IMG/VR virus record: IMGVR_UViG_3300011008_000043
Span: 9,257 to 73,256 of that record
From: a virus
Taxonomy: Duplodnaviria; Caudoviricetes
Strand: one strand, 5' to 3'
Length of the DNA: 64,000 bases
The notes below the pieces were generated by a model. It saw nothing but the letters and a program-made list of their open reading frames with translations, was not told the DNA's origin and did not search any database. Shown here piece after piece: positions 17,479 through 27,630 of this stretch. Numbering within the stretch: the first letter of the stretch is position 1; each line of letters starts with the position of its first letter. The position numbers were made by a program, and so were the translations under genes.

Positions 17479-17906
17479 TCAAAAACGATACCAGAGGGCG
17501 CAGAGAAGTAAGCAGCACCATTGCGAACACTTACAGTGAAGCCCTCTTCCAGATCAACTTTGCCGATGAGATCACCATTTTCGGCATTAAGAGTTTCGAG
17601 CAGGAACCATGCTCCTTTGGTATTATAAAAAGTCAACGTCGTAACATCCACGCCATCAGCGCAGCGGGCAGAATAAGCCCCGGCAGGAAAATCGACCCCG
17701 ACGACATATTCCCCGATAGGGACGATAAATGAAGCGGAGGCCGGAAGCAGAGAAAAGCCGTCAGGGAGAGAAACAGAGCTGCCAGTAGGAAGGAAATACC
17801 ATCCTTCTGGAACATCAGAACCGACGACAACAGCAGAGTCCCCGGAAGCGGAGATCAACAGAAGAGACAGTAAAAGGGACAGAAGCGGGACAATGCATCT
17901 TTTCAT
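17475..17906 (-). CDS. Secreted/membrane-anchored protein (possible superinfection exclusion)
   Basis: Signal-peptide-like MKRCIVPLLSLLLSLLL; duplicated G.Y.VG.D.P.G.Y motif; GGAGG RBS. Confidence 0.6.
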   Translation of the reverse strand: MKRCIVPLLSLLLSLLLISASGDSAVVVGSDVPEGWYFLPTGSSVSLPDGFSLLPASASFIVPIGEYVVGVDFPAGAYSARCADGVDVTTLTFYNTKGAWFLLETLNAENGDLIGKVDLEEGFTVSVRNGAAYFSAPSGIVFD

Positions 17907-18082
17907 GCGGGACATACCTCCAATCATAATGGGACAGGGACGGGACAACTCACTTTGTCCCATCATTGTCCCACGGGACAAATACGGGACATACGCGGGA
18001 CAGGGACGGGACACCACGGGACAAAAGCGGGACAATGCGGGACAGGGACGGACAGGGGACGGGACAGGGACGGGACAGGGAC
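17876..18082. repeat. GGGAC(A) iteron-like repeat array next to an AT-rich tract (18090-18160)
   Basis: About 20 forward GGGAC plus 2 reverse copies in ~205 bp. Confidence 0.8.
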
Positions 18083-18243
18083 GCACCGTACCTTAACCAT
18101 AGTAGTAGTAGAGAATAATAATACGTTTATATTATATATAATAATATAATAAAGAAAGAACGCGCGCGTGCGCGAGGGAATGCCTCTACGACCTCAGAAG
18201 CACAGGGATGCACCCCCATCGGACAGCGGCAGCGGAGAAGGCA

Positions 18244-18627
18244 TCATGCTGTTGCGCTTGACGTAATCCCCTGTTCAGCCTTGGCAAGGCGCAGCTCTTC
18301 GACGGCTTTGTTGGCGACGACGATTTTCCCCTCGTGCGGAAGCGAACGGAAAGTGCGCAGCAGGAAAGCCTCTTCTTCCGACAGCTCAACATAGGTATCC
18401 GGGATTTTCGGAGTAGCGATCTCCTGCCCATTGATGAGCCAAAGAGGATGGATGTCGAGACATTCTGCAATAGGGCCGACATACGAGGCCGGGAAATCGC
18501 CGCCACGGTTAATCCATGAATTCAGGGTGGTGGGAGGAATGCCAATGTAATCTGCGAGGGCTTTTTTCTGAATCTTCTTCTCAGTCAAAACTTGGTTTAT
18601 GCGTTGTGCTGGGGTCAGACCATCCAT
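18244..18627 (-). CDS. CI-like XRE repressor
   Basis: HTH QKKALADYIGIPPTTLNSWINRG; divergent from cro-like gene. Confidence 0.85.
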   Translation of the reverse strand: MDGLTPAQRINQVLTEKKIQKKALADYIGIPPTTLNSWINRGGDFPASYVGPIAECLDIHPLWLINGQEIATPKIPDTYVELSEEEAFLLRTFRSLPHEGKIVVANKAVEELRLAKAEQGITSSATA

Positions 18628-18659
18628 GATTTGCGTCCTCCTTTGAAAATTTTTTCGAA

Positions 18660-18725
18660 AATTCTAATTTTCGTGTTGACAAATACGCAAAAAGGATTAT
18701 AATTGGACACGCCGATACGAAATTT
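18660..18725 (+). promoter_or_regulatory. Lytic (PR-like) promoter in the genetic switch
   Basis: TTGACA aatacgcaaaaaggat TATAAT with ACG(C/A)AAA motifs. Confidence 0.75.
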
Positions 18726-18892
18726 CGCACGATAATGCGAATTCGCGGAGGCTCACCAGTGGGCTCTCTTGGGCGGTGGCACCGTGCGGTACGCGGAGAC
18801 ACCGGAAAGCCTCGGTACAGCGAATGATTCATTGTACCATATTTTTTGCGAATAAGCAAAACGAAAATGTGCCGGGAAGGGAGGAAATCAGG

Positions 18893-19114
18893 ATGAGAGG
18901 CGGAGTGGTCTATGACCGGACGTGGATGGAAGCGAAGCGGAATACCATGAAACTGACACAGACTGAGGTTGCGAAAGCAGCGAAGACAAGCGTGAGCAAC
19001 TACAGTCGCGTGGAAAAGGGCCTGTACACGCCGGACGTTAAGACCGGGCTTCGCATCTGCGACGCTCTGAGGGAGAACCCCAGACGATTCTTGGAAGAGA
19101 AGCCCATCATCTAA
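18893..19114 (+). CDS. Cro-like XRE HTH protein
   Basis: LTQTEVAKAAKTSVSNYSRVEKG; GGAGG RBS. Confidence 0.85.
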   Translation: MRGGVVYDRTWMEAKRNTMKLTQTEVAKAAKTSVSNYSRVEKGLYTPDVKTGLRICDALRENPRRFLEEKPII

Positions 19115-19147
19115 CGACGAAAAACGACAGGAAGGAGGCAAAGGAAG

Positions 19148-19738
19148 GTGGTCAAAAACCGGATTCGAGTGATGCTCGCAGAAGCGAACACCAGTGCGGC
19201 GAAGCTGGCAGAAAAGATGCCGGGAATGAACAAGGTATGCATGAGCTTTATTCAACAGGGCATCGCGCTCCCGACAAGGGAAGGCATGGAGGCCATGTGT
19301 GAAGAGCTGGAATGCAAGGCCACGGACATTTACGACGAAAAGGAACTCGACCTGAACGTGACGCGGGAAACGGAACGGAAAGCTACAAAGGAAGAAGCCT
19401 ACGAAATGGCGAGGGACAAAATCACGATTAACCCGGACGACGAACAGGTCACAATCCCGCTGAACTCCCTCGAAGCCCCGGTCAGGCAGAGAGTGGAGAA
19501 GCGGAACCACGGACACGAGAATCAGGAACGCGTATTCTTCTGGTTCGCATCGGACGAAAAAGCCGCATTGGTCAAAGCGGTGGAAGGTCTTGGGTACAGA
19601 AACCTGACGGAATGGATGCGGGAAATGTACAGGATGACCCTGAAGCAATACGCAGCCCTGAAGCTGGAAGGAAAGACGCTGCACGAATTGATTCCCCCTC
19701 TCGTGTCGCAGAACTCCTTAGCGACGGAGAAAGCATAA
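19148..19738 (+). CDS. HTH regulator
   Basis: KNRIRVMLAEA..SAAKLAE N-terminal HTH. Confidence 0.65.
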   Translation: MVKNRIRVMLAEANTSAAKLAEKMPGMNKVCMSFIQQGIALPTREGMEAMCEELECKATDIYDEKELDLNVTRETERKATKEEAYEMARDKITINPDDEQVTIPLNSLEAPVRQRVEKRNHGHENQERVFFWFASDEKAALVKAVEGLGYRNLTEWMREMYRMTLKQYAALKLEGKTLHELIPPLVSQNSLATEKA

Positions 19739-19759
19739 CATCGTCGGGAGGAATACGAA

Positions 19760-20206
19760 ATGGCGGTGTTTACAGGAACTGACCTGCGAAAGTGGCGGGA
19801 GTCGCAGCAGATCAGCGCAGCAGACCTCGCGGAACGCATTTCCTGCGACACGACGACGATATATCGCTATGAGAGCGGGAAGATGAAGCCGAATCCCGAC
19901 GTAATGTGGGAGATATGCGATGCGCTGGGTGACACGGGAGTATGGGTCAACTGGATGCGGACAGAATATCCAGCGAGCTTCGGAAGAGAATTCCCGGAAA
20001 TGCCGATATGCGATCTGAAAGGCGCACTGCTGATGGCGTTCTCGGAGCTGGAAGATGCGCTGGAGTTGCGGAAGGAAGCGATGAAAGACGGCGCAGACGG
20101 ACAGATCGACAATCCGCAGCTGAAGCAAGAGGTCGAGAAGGAATTGACAGAGGTTATACAGGCAGCGCAGAGGGTGGTCAATCTGCTGAAAGGGAGGCCG
20201 AAATGA
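19760..20206 (+). CDS. XRE HTH protein (CII/Rha-like regulator)
   Basis: LRKWRESQQISAADLAERISCDTTTIYRYESG. Confidence 0.75.
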   Translation: MAVFTGTDLRKWRESQQISAADLAERISCDTTTIYRYESGKMKPNPDVMWEICDALGDTGVWVNWMRTEYPASFGREFPEMPICDLKGALLMAFSELEDALELRKEAMKDGADGQIDNPQLKQEVEKELTEVIQAAQRVVNLLKGRPK

Positions 20207-20394
20207 AAACGGAGAAACGGTATTACAGCACAGCGGAAGTTCAGATCATTCTTTCCTGCGGAAGGACGAAAGCCAATGAGATCATGCACATGTTTGAGAA
20301 GCGTGGGAAGCTGTTCCGGATTGGAAACATGATGCGAGTTGAGAAAAAGGCTTTCGATGATTTTATTAAACAGCACACGGCAAAATCCGCGTGA
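20203..20394 (+). CDS. Excisionase-like HTH_17 protein
   Basis: YYSTAEVQIILSCGRTKA...FRIG..MRVEK..FDDFI. Confidence 0.75.
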   Translation: MKTEKRYYSTAEVQIILSCGRTKANEIMHMFEKRGKLFRIGNMMRVEKKAFDDFIKQHTAKSA

Positions 20395-20397
20395 TGG

Positions 20398-20844
20398 ATG
20401 GAGGAAACCATGGAACAAATTGAGAGAGCAACGGTCATGCTCCGAAAGAGCAGCAACAGAGAAGACCGACTCCGACAGGCGATGATCGATGGGCTTGTCA
20501 GACGGGAAGTGCAGCAGGATATCGAGGCTACGCTACAGGAAGTGGGCGAAGCGAGAAACAGAGCAGCGCAGATGGAAGCGCAGGCGAAAGCGGTAACGCG
20601 GCAGCTCGATCAGGCGAAGGCCCAGATCAACGATATGAGCTGGCATATCACAGACCTGAAACGGCAAGCGCAGGAAAGAGCAGAGCATTACAGGCAGCTC
20701 GAATACGATTACCAGAAGCGGCAGAGGATAGTTCAGGGTCTGAAGGAAGGGCTACAGATAGCCGCGATGGCGGTAACGGCGATTGCCGTTCTGGTCGGGA
20801 TTGATGTACTGGGTCGAATTGTTTACGGATTACTGATGCACTAA
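20398..20844 (+). CDS. Coiled-coil protein with C-terminal TM
   Basis: Heptad-rich sequence, hydrophobic tail. Confidence 0.55.
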   Translation: MEETMEQIERATVMLRKSSNREDRLRQAMIDGLVRREVQQDIEATLQEVGEARNRAAQMEAQAKAVTRQLDQAKAQINDMSWHITDLKRQAQERAEHYRQLEYDYQKRQRIVQGLKEGLQIAAMAVTAIAVLVGIDVLGRIVYGLLMH

Positions 20845-20855
20845 GGAGGGAAAAC

Positions 20856-22826
20856 ATGAGACTGTCACTGGAAAAAATCCGAATCGAGAATTTCAAAGGG
20901 ATTCGGGAACTGAGCATCGACTTTGGGGCCGAACAGACGGCAATCGCGGCCCGGAACGGATGCGGAAAGAGCAGCATCGCAGACGCATTTACGTGGGTGC
21001 TGTTCAATAAGGATTCCCACGGCAACGCTCCCGGAAGCGATAATTTCCGCGAGAAGCCGCTGGATGAAAACGGCGCAGAGGTTCACAACCTCGAAACGGT
21101 GGTTGAGCTGGATTGTACGCTGGATGGGCAGCGTTTCAGCCTGAAGAGGGCGCAGAAAGAGAACTGGGTCAAGAAGCGCGGCAGCACGAATCCTGAATTC
21201 AAGGGCAACGAAAGCCGCTACTGGATTAACGATGTGGAGACAAAACTGAGTGACTTCAAGGCCAGAATCTCCCAGATCGTGCCGGAAGAGATTTTCAGAC
21301 TGATTGGAACGCTTGCGGCATTCAATGCACAGGACTGGAAGAAACGGCGCGAGCAGCTTCTCAACCTGACGGGTGGTGAAGTAGACGGTAGGCTGCTGGC
21401 GATGGACGAATACAGACCGCTGGCAGATGAGTGCGGGCAGCGGAACATCAGCATCGACGAACTGAAAAAGGTGCTGATGGATCAGCGGAAAAAGATGAAC
21501 GCGGAAATCAACGGAATCCCGATTCGGATTGATGAAGCGAGGAAAGCACTGCCGGAATTCGCGAAGGACGAAATCGACACGGCAGAATACATCATCAAAG
21601 AGAACACGAAAGATATCGAGCATATTGACGAACTGATTGCCGTAGAGAAGGCGAAGGTCAACCGGGAAAGCCATGCATCACAGATCGCGGCATTGGAACA
21701 GGAAGAAGCAAGCCTGATGCGGCAGGCATCCAGCGACTGGGCAGCGGGCCATCGGGAACTACAGAGGCGCAGAGACGAAGCGTCAGAGGATTTCCGCAAG
21801 ACGATTGAGCAGAAAACGTCGGATGAACGGCGGTACGAGCTGATGAAGAAGCAGCACGAAACCGCGAAATCGGAGCTGAACAGGCTCAGAGGGCAGTACA
21901 AGACGACGAAAGATGAAATGTTCGTGTGGGCCGATGAAGGAAAGAACGTCTGCCCGACGTGCGGACAGGAAATCCCCGCAGAACTGCTGGAAAAGAAAAA
22001 GGCGGTCGCCAGCGAGGTTTACGCGCAGGAAAAGACGATCAAGCTCAATGCGCTGAAGGAAAACGGAAAAGCGAAGGCTGAAGAGGTCGCGCTGATCGAA
22101 GCGAATATGCAGAAGGTTGAAGCGGAGATCGAAGAAGCGAACACAAAGCTGAAGAAGGCAGAAGAGGCCCGCGACAAGGTGTCAGAAGAGCTGAAAGTAT
22201 ATCCGACTGAACCGAAATTCGACAACCCCCGGATTGAGGAAATCCGCACGGAAATCGCGAAGATGCGCGAGTTGGACGCGAGGGTGGCTCCGCTGGACAC
22301 AAAGGGATATGAAGAGCGGAAAGCCTACCTGACAAATCAGATCACAGAAAAGCGGGCCGTTCTGGCACGGCGCGACGCGGGAAAAGAGACGGAGAAGCGG
22401 ATTGCGGAGCTGGAAGCAGAACAGAAAAAGCTCGGAGGCCGGATGGCAGAGCTGGAACAGCTCATCGCACTGACGGAGAAATTCGTAACGGAACGGTGTT
22501 CCGCGCTGGAAGAGAGCATCAACGAGAAATTCCCCACGGTACGCTGGAAGCTGTTCGATACCCAGATCAACGGCGGGATTGTGGATGTCTGCGAGGCAAA
22601 GGTCAACTGCGACGGGCATTACGTACCGTACAGCACGGCAAACACGGCAGCACAGGTACACGCGGACATTGAGATTGTGGACGTACTCAGCAAGGCCTAC
22701 GACGTGAGGATTCCGCTGTTCGTGGACAACGCGGAGCGGTGCAATCACATTCCGAAGATCGATTCCCAGATTATCACGATGGCAGTAAGCACAGACGAAA
22801 ACATCACGATTAAGGAGGTCGCGTAA
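20856..22826 (+). CDS. SMC/Rad50-like AAA ATPase of the phage recombination module
   Basis: NFKGI, Walker A NGCGKSS, long coiled coil with CPTCGQ zinc hook, LFVDNAE. Confidence 0.85.
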   Translation: MRLSLEKIRIENFKGIRELSIDFGAEQTAIAARNGCGKSSIADAFTWVLFNKDSHGNAPGSDNFREKPLDENGAEVHNLETVVELDCTLDGQRFSLKRAQKENWVKKRGSTNPEFKGNESRYWINDVETKLSDFKARISQIVPEEIFRLIGTLAAFNAQDWKKRREQLLNLTGGEVDGRLLAMDEYRPLADECGQRNISIDELKKVLMDQRKKMNAEINGIPIRIDEARKALPEFAKDEIDTAEYIIKENTKDIEHIDELIAVEKAKVNRESHASQIAALEQEEASLMRQASSDWAAGHRELQRRRDEASEDFRKTIEQKTSDERRYELMKKQHETAKSELNRLRGQYKTTKDEMFVWADEGKNVCPTCGQEIPAELLEKKKAVASEVYAQEKTIKLNALKENGKAKAEEVALIEANMQKVEAEIEEANTKLKKAEEARDKVSEELKVYPTEPKFDNPRIEEIRTEIAKMRELDARVAPLDTKGYEERKAYLTNQITEKRAVLARRDAGKETEKRIAELEAEQKKLGGRMAELEQLIALTEKFVTERCSALEESINEKFPTVRWKLFDTQINGGIVDVCEAKVNCDGHYVPYSTANTAAQVHADIEIVDVLSKAYDVRIPLFVDNAERCNHIPKIDSQIITMAVSTDENITIKEVA

Positions 22827-22827
22827 T

Positions 22828-23907
22828 ATGGCAGAGGAAAACACGAACATCGCCACGACGGAGCAGGAAATGAAAGCATCCGCGAGCGAGCGATTCACCA
22901 ATATGGTGATGGCGAAATATAACGACATCGGAAGCGCACATCAGTTTACAGAGCGGGAAAAGATGCTGATACGGAATTATTTCATCTGCATCGATCAGAC
23001 GTTGGCAGCGGCAGAAGAGGCCCGGATTCGGAAGAATGAATCCAATACCGATCATGAGAAGTGGGACAACCCCCTCCCCTACAGCTGGAAGACGATTGAC
23101 CTGCCCGCGCTGGCGCAGGATTTAGCGCACTACGCGCACGTAGGGCTGGACATGATGGAAGGCAATACGCTGTTCGCTATCCCGTACAAAGACAACAAAA
23201 GGAACCTGTACACCATTACGCTGATGGAGGGATACAACGGCATCCGGTATCAGGCAGAGAAGTACGCGCTCGACCCGTTCAGGGCGGTGACGGTGGAAGT
23301 CATTTATGAGAATGACCGGTTCGTACCGCTGAAGAAGAGTCACAGCAACCCGATTGAATCCTACGAGTTCGAGATTCCGAAACCTTTCGACAGGGGACGG
23401 CCCATTGGCGTGTTCGGATACATCGAATATGTTGACAGCGCAAAGAACAAGCTGCTGATGTTCAATGAGAATGACGTAATGAAGCGTAAGCCGAAATACG
23501 CGGCAGCGGAATTCTGGGGAGGAAAGAAGGAAGAGTACAAGTACAACCCGGAAACGAAAAAGCGCGAGAAGCAGCAGGTGGAGATTGACGGATGGCTCCC
23601 GGAAATGTTTGAGAAGACGATGAAGCGGGCCATCTATGGAAGCAAGAATATCCCGCGTGACCCGGCGAAGATCGACGAAAGCTACAGGTATATCAGGAAC
23701 CGGGAAGCTCAGTTCGCTGATTACGTGGTAGAGGCCGAGGTAAGCGAGAACGCAAACGGCGCAGCGGTGGTGCTGCCGGAAGCCCCGAAAGCATTACCGG
23801 AAGCAGAGGTCATCGAGGTTCCGCAGGAAAAGCCGGAACAGGAACCGCCTGCGAAGAGTCCGGTACAGGTGGCGATGGATGAAGCCTCGGATGAGATTCC
23901 CTTCTGA
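22828..23907 (+). CDS. recT: RecT-like single-strand annealing recombinase
   Basis: GYNGIRYQA.KY, V...D.F, EM..KT..R motifs; sits between ATPase and MBL nuclease. Confidence 0.65.
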   Translation: MAEENTNIATTEQEMKASASERFTNMVMAKYNDIGSAHQFTEREKMLIRNYFICIDQTLAAAEEARIRKNESNTDHEKWDNPLPYSWKTIDLPALAQDLAHYAHVGLDMMEGNTLFAIPYKDNKRNLYTITLMEGYNGIRYQAEKYALDPFRAVTVEVIYENDRFVPLKKSHSNPIESYEFEIPKPFDRGRPIGVFGYIEYVDSAKNKLLMFNENDVMKRKPKYAAAEFWGGKKEEYKYNPETKKREKQQVEIDGWLPEMFEKTMKRAIYGSKNIPRDPAKIDESYRYIRNREAQFADYVVEAEVSENANGAAVVLPEAPKALPEAEVIEVPQEKPEQEPPAKSPVQVAMDEASDEIPF

Positions 23908-24662
23908 TGAAACTGACGGTACTTGGGACTGGCAGCAGCGGAAACTGCTACGTGTTGGAAGCAGGAGGGGCAGACGGACAGCTCCTCCTGCTGGACGCGG
24001 GAATACCAGTAAAGCAGATCATGAGAGGCGTGAAGGGATGGAGCCGGATAGAGGGATGCCTGATAACGCACGAACACGGAGATCATGCAAAGGCAGCGGA
24101 GGAAATCGCCGCCCTCGGCATTCCGACATACGCGACGGCAGGCACAATCAAGGGCATCGTCGGGAGTGGCAGTTTAACGCGGTTAAATACGTCTCTGGCT
24201 CTACGAGCGGAGCAGGTAGGGCAATTCACCATTATGCCGTTTGAAACGCAGCACGACGCAAATGAACCATGTGGATGGCTCATCAGGTATAACCCGACGC
24301 AGGAAACGGTGATTTACGCGACGGACACGTACTACCTGAAGCAGACGTTTCCCGGAGTGAATTACTGGATTGTGGAGTGCAATTACGTTGAGAGCATCAT
24401 GAACGAACAGCAGGAAAGCGGAGAGCTGACACCGGAACTACGGAACCGGCTAATAAAGAGCCACATGAGTCTGAGACGGCTGTGCGATGCCTTAGAGGCG
24501 AACGACCTACACGCGACACGGGCAATCGTACTGGTTCACCTGAGCGACGAAAGAAGCGACGAAAAGCTGATGGTCGATACGGTGAAGCAGGCGACGGGGA
24601 TAGACGATGTATGGGCCGCAGAGGCCGGAAAGACATACGAGCTGGAATTAGTACCATTTTGA
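23907..24662 (+). CDS. Metallo-beta-lactamase-fold nuclease
   Basis: LGTGSSGNCY, THEHGDH, HD, TDT, HLS motifs. Confidence 0.9.
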   Translation: MKLTVLGTGSSGNCYVLEAGGADGQLLLLDAGIPVKQIMRGVKGWSRIEGCLITHEHGDHAKAAEEIAALGIPTYATAGTIKGIVGSGSLTRLNTSLALRAEQVGQFTIMPFETQHDANEPCGWLIRYNPTQETVIYATDTYYLKQTFPGVNYWIVECNYVESIMNEQQESGELTPELRNRLIKSHMSLRRLCDALEANDLHATRAIVLVHLSDERSDEKLMVDTVKQATGIDDVWAAEAGKTYELELVPF

Positions 24663-24679
24663 GCGACGGAGGCGCGGAA

Positions 24680-25450
24680 ATGGCATGGATAGAATTACAC
24701 CAGTCGCTGATAACGCATAAGAAAACGCGACGGCTTACCAGAAAGCTGGGACTGGAATATCCGGCAGAATTGCCGGAAACAATCGGTCATCTTTGCCTGT
24801 TCTGGCTGTGGTGCGTAGACGGTACAGAGAACGGCGACCTGACTGATCTCGATGCACAGGATATCGCAGACGCGGCAGGATGGACAGGTGACCCGGAAAC
24901 GTTCTTTGGAGCGATGAAAGAAACCGGATTCATTGAAGACGTGGACGGGAAAGTGATGATTCACGATTGGAGGGACTACATCGGAAAGCTGCTGGAACGA
25001 CGGGAAGAAAGCCGCGAGAAGGAACGAAACCGGAAGCGGGATTACAGACAGAGGATGAAGGCGAAGCAGACAGAGAATCCAACAGAGGATTACAGCCTCG
25101 AACTCGATATGGACAGCATCGACCCGGAATGGCTAAAGGTGGTGCAATGCTACGAGCATAACATCGGCCTGATACCGAACGGCAGTGCACTGGATGAATT
25201 GCAGCAGTCGATGGACAAGCTGGGCGCGGACGTTATATGCGAGGCGATTGTGATTACAAACAAAGCACAGGCAGACAACCCATGGAAGTATCTGAGGAAG
25301 ATTATGCTGACGTGGGAAGAAAAGGGAATCGACACGTTGGAAAAAGCGCAGGCGTATACGAAAGACCTTGCGCGGAGACTTGAAAGCGCGAAAAAGCGAA
25401 GGCAACCGGAAGCCAGTGAACCTCCGGCAATATCCGGGAGCTTCTACTAA
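24680..25450 (+). CDS. Replication initiator (N-terminal wHTH plus DnaD-like C-terminal domain)
   Basis: MAWIELHQ..., IHDW.DY.G, NPWKYLRKIMLTWEEKGI.T. Confidence 0.8.
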   Translation: MAWIELHQSLITHKKTRRLTRKLGLEYPAELPETIGHLCLFWLWCVDGTENGDLTDLDAQDIADAAGWTGDPETFFGAMKETGFIEDVDGKVMIHDWRDYIGKLLERREESREKERNRKRDYRQRMKAKQTENPTEDYSLELDMDSIDPEWLKVVQCYEHNIGLIPNGSALDELQQSMDKLGADVICEAIVITNKAQADNPWKYLRKIMLTWEEKGIDTLEKAQAYTKDLARRLESAKKRRQPEASEPPAISGSFY

Positions 25451-25461
25451 GGGAGGCAGGA

Positions 25462-26838
25462 ATGAACGATCAAGATCGAATGATGATTGCACAGGCATCA
25501 CAGAACGGGAATGTTTCGCCGGAAGCAGAAGGAAGCCTGATCGGGAGTATCGTTTCTCGTTACGAGGATTGCGCTCATATCGTCTCCGAGCTTACGGAAG
25601 AGGATTTCTACTTTGAGGCATACGGAACGGCTCTGAGGGCCGTTAAACTCGCAAAGAATGATGGCCTCACGGTAGACCTTGTGACGGTAGAGCAGGAAGT
25701 ACAGAAGATCAAGCCAGAAAAGGCCGGTGAAATCACGAACGCGATCATATCAGCGCTGAACCACGCGGCCCCATGGGCAGCAGAGAGCCATTGCCGGATA
25801 GTGAAGGAACTGGCAGCGCGACGGAAAGCGACAGAATTGCTGGGCAAAATCGCGGAAAAGCTCAAAGACCCAACAGAAGACGTAAACGGAACGCTGGACG
25901 AACTGCGGACAAAGAGCAGCGAAATCCTCACGGGCGGGCATAAGTGGCACAGCATAGGCGACATTCTGATTGAGACGTACAACTACGTAGAACAGCGATA
26001 CAAGGGCGAAATCAAGAGCATTCAAAGCGGAATTGGGAACCTCGACAGGGTGATAGGTGGCTTCTTCGGAGGCGAACTGACGGTCATTGGAGCGAGGCCA
26101 GCGGTCGGCAAATCGGTGTTCGGGATGAACGTTGCACTGGCAGCAGCGCGACAGGGATACAGGGTCGGAATCGTGAGCCGGGAAATGACCGACATCCAGT
26201 ACGGACAGAGAATCCTCTCCTACGCGAGCGGCGTGAACGGTTCAAAGATCAGGAAAGCAGAATTTGAAGAAGAGGACTGGATAAAGATGGCGCAGGCCCT
26301 CGGGCCAGCAGCGGCATTACCGGTCGAGTTCCTTTTCACGGTCAGAACCGTCGAAGAGCTGAGAGCAGAGGTACAGCGGAAACATAACCGGAAAGAGATC
26401 GACATGCTGGTGGTGGACTATTTGCAGCTCATGGACGCGGCACAGAAATACGACGCGGACAGGCTCAGAGTCGGCGCGATCAGCAAGGCACTGAAGGATA
26501 TTTCAGTGGATTTCAAAATCCCGGTAATCGCGCTGGCTCAGGTAAAACGTTTCGCGGGCGGCGCAAGGGCAAGGATGCCTACGCTGGAAGACCTGAAGGA
26601 CAGCGGAAGCATCGAGCAGGACGCGGATAACGTGATATTCCTGCACAACCCATACGATGAAGAGGATGAGTTCGTAGACCCGAGGGACAAAGATTATTTC
26701 CAAGGGTACGTCCAGCAAGGGTATACGTACCAGTGCTTAGGGATTGCAAAGCAGAGACAAGGCGTAACAGGCGTGTGCTGCATCCTGTTCGATAAACAGA
26801 AGATGCGATACATGATGATCGACAGGACAGGAGAGTGA
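25462..26838 (+). CDS. dnaB: Replicative DnaB-like helicase
   Basis: GARPAVGKS, VVDYLQL, LAQ, DLKDSGSIEQDAD, AKQRQG. Confidence 0.93.
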   Translation: MNDQDRMMIAQASQNGNVSPEAEGSLIGSIVSRYEDCAHIVSELTEEDFYFEAYGTALRAVKLAKNDGLTVDLVTVEQEVQKIKPEKAGEITNAIISALNHAAPWAAESHCRIVKELAARRKATELLGKIAEKLKDPTEDVNGTLDELRTKSSEILTGGHKWHSIGDILIETYNYVEQRYKGEIKSIQSGIGNLDRVIGGFFGGELTVIGARPAVGKSVFGMNVALAAARQGYRVGIVSREMTDIQYGQRILSYASGVNGSKIRKAEFEEEDWIKMAQALGPAAALPVEFLFTVRTVEELRAEVQRKHNRKEIDMLVVDYLQLMDAAQKYDADRLRVGAISKALKDISVDFKIPVIALAQVKRFAGGARARMPTLEDLKDSGSIEQDADNVIFLHNPYDEEDEFVDPRDKDYFQGYVQQGYTYQCLGIAKQRQGVTGVCCILFDKQKMRYMMIDRTGE

Positions 26839-26842
26839 GAGC

Positions 26843-27235
26843 GTGAGGAAGGCGAAGCAAGCAATGCCGGTACCACCTGAGGCGGTGGAGCAAAAGACGC
26901 TGATGCAATGGGCGTTTTACAATTCGGCATCGCATCCAGAGTTGAAGCTGCTATACCACGTTCCGAATGAAGGACTGCGATCATACAGGACGGGCCGCGA
27001 GCTGAAAGAACAGGGAATGAAGGCAGGCGTACCGGACATCTGTTTACCGGTGGCAAGAGGCGGCTACCATGCGTTGTACATCGAAATGAAGCGCAGGAAG
27101 GGCGGCAAACTTTCGGAGGCGCAGCAGGATTGGCTCGACAAGCTGAACGAGGCCGGAAACCGGGCGGTAGTTTGCAAGGGCTGGGAAGAGGCAGCACAGG
27201 AAATCACCAGATACCTGAAGGGCGTGAGCGCATGA
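26843..27235 (+). CDS. VRR-NUC domain nuclease
   Basis: YHVPNEG.R, GVPDI.LP, YIEMK, LSEAQ..W. Confidence 0.88.
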   Translation: MRKAKQAMPVPPEAVEQKTLMQWAFYNSASHPELKLLYHVPNEGLRSYRTGRELKEQGMKAGVPDICLPVARGGYHALYIEMKRRKGGKLSEAQQDWLDKLNEAGNRAVVCKGWEEAAQEITRYLKGVSA

Positions 27236-27630
27236 GAGTCGGATACGAGCGGCAGCACGAAACAGACACGATAATCAGATTTTACCAGATGATGAAATTC
27301 ATGCTCGAAAAGGAAGAAACCCCGGAACTAAAGGCATTCGTGGAGAAGGCGCGACTGATCGTGATAATGGCGATGACGCGAGAAATGCAGGACATCGAAC
27401 GCGGAAACATCGCGAAAGACCGAATCATGGAATGCCGGGAATGCAGGATGCGCCACGACGGAGAATGCCAGAAAAAAGACAGGCCGAATGGAAGGTGCAT
27501 TTACGACACCCCGGAAGCAAAGATACGGGCCATTAGGAATCATTTCGGGGAAGAAGGGATGCAATGGGCCGCAAAAGCAGGTGAATTTGCCGAAAGAATA
27601 TTGGAGGCGAAGAATGGGAAAACAGGTTGA
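27232..27630 (+). CDS. Hypothetical protein
   Basis: Coupled ORF. Confidence 0.55.
   Translation: MRVGYERQHETDTIIRFYQMMKFMLEKEETPELKAFVEKARLIVIMAMTREMQDIERGNIAKDRIMECRECRMRHDGECQKKDRPNGRCIYDTPEAKIRAIRNHFGEEGMQWAAKAGEFAERILEAKNGKTG

Noticed and set aside
17876-18082. CRISPR array
   Set aside because: Repeats are 5-6 nt with irregular short spacing; no 25-40 nt repeats with unique spacers and no cas genes
17907-18086. Pro/Cys-rich N-terminal extension of ORF 17475-18086
   Set aside because: It is the translation of the GGGAC repeat array; a better start with GGAGG RBS and signal peptide is at 17906
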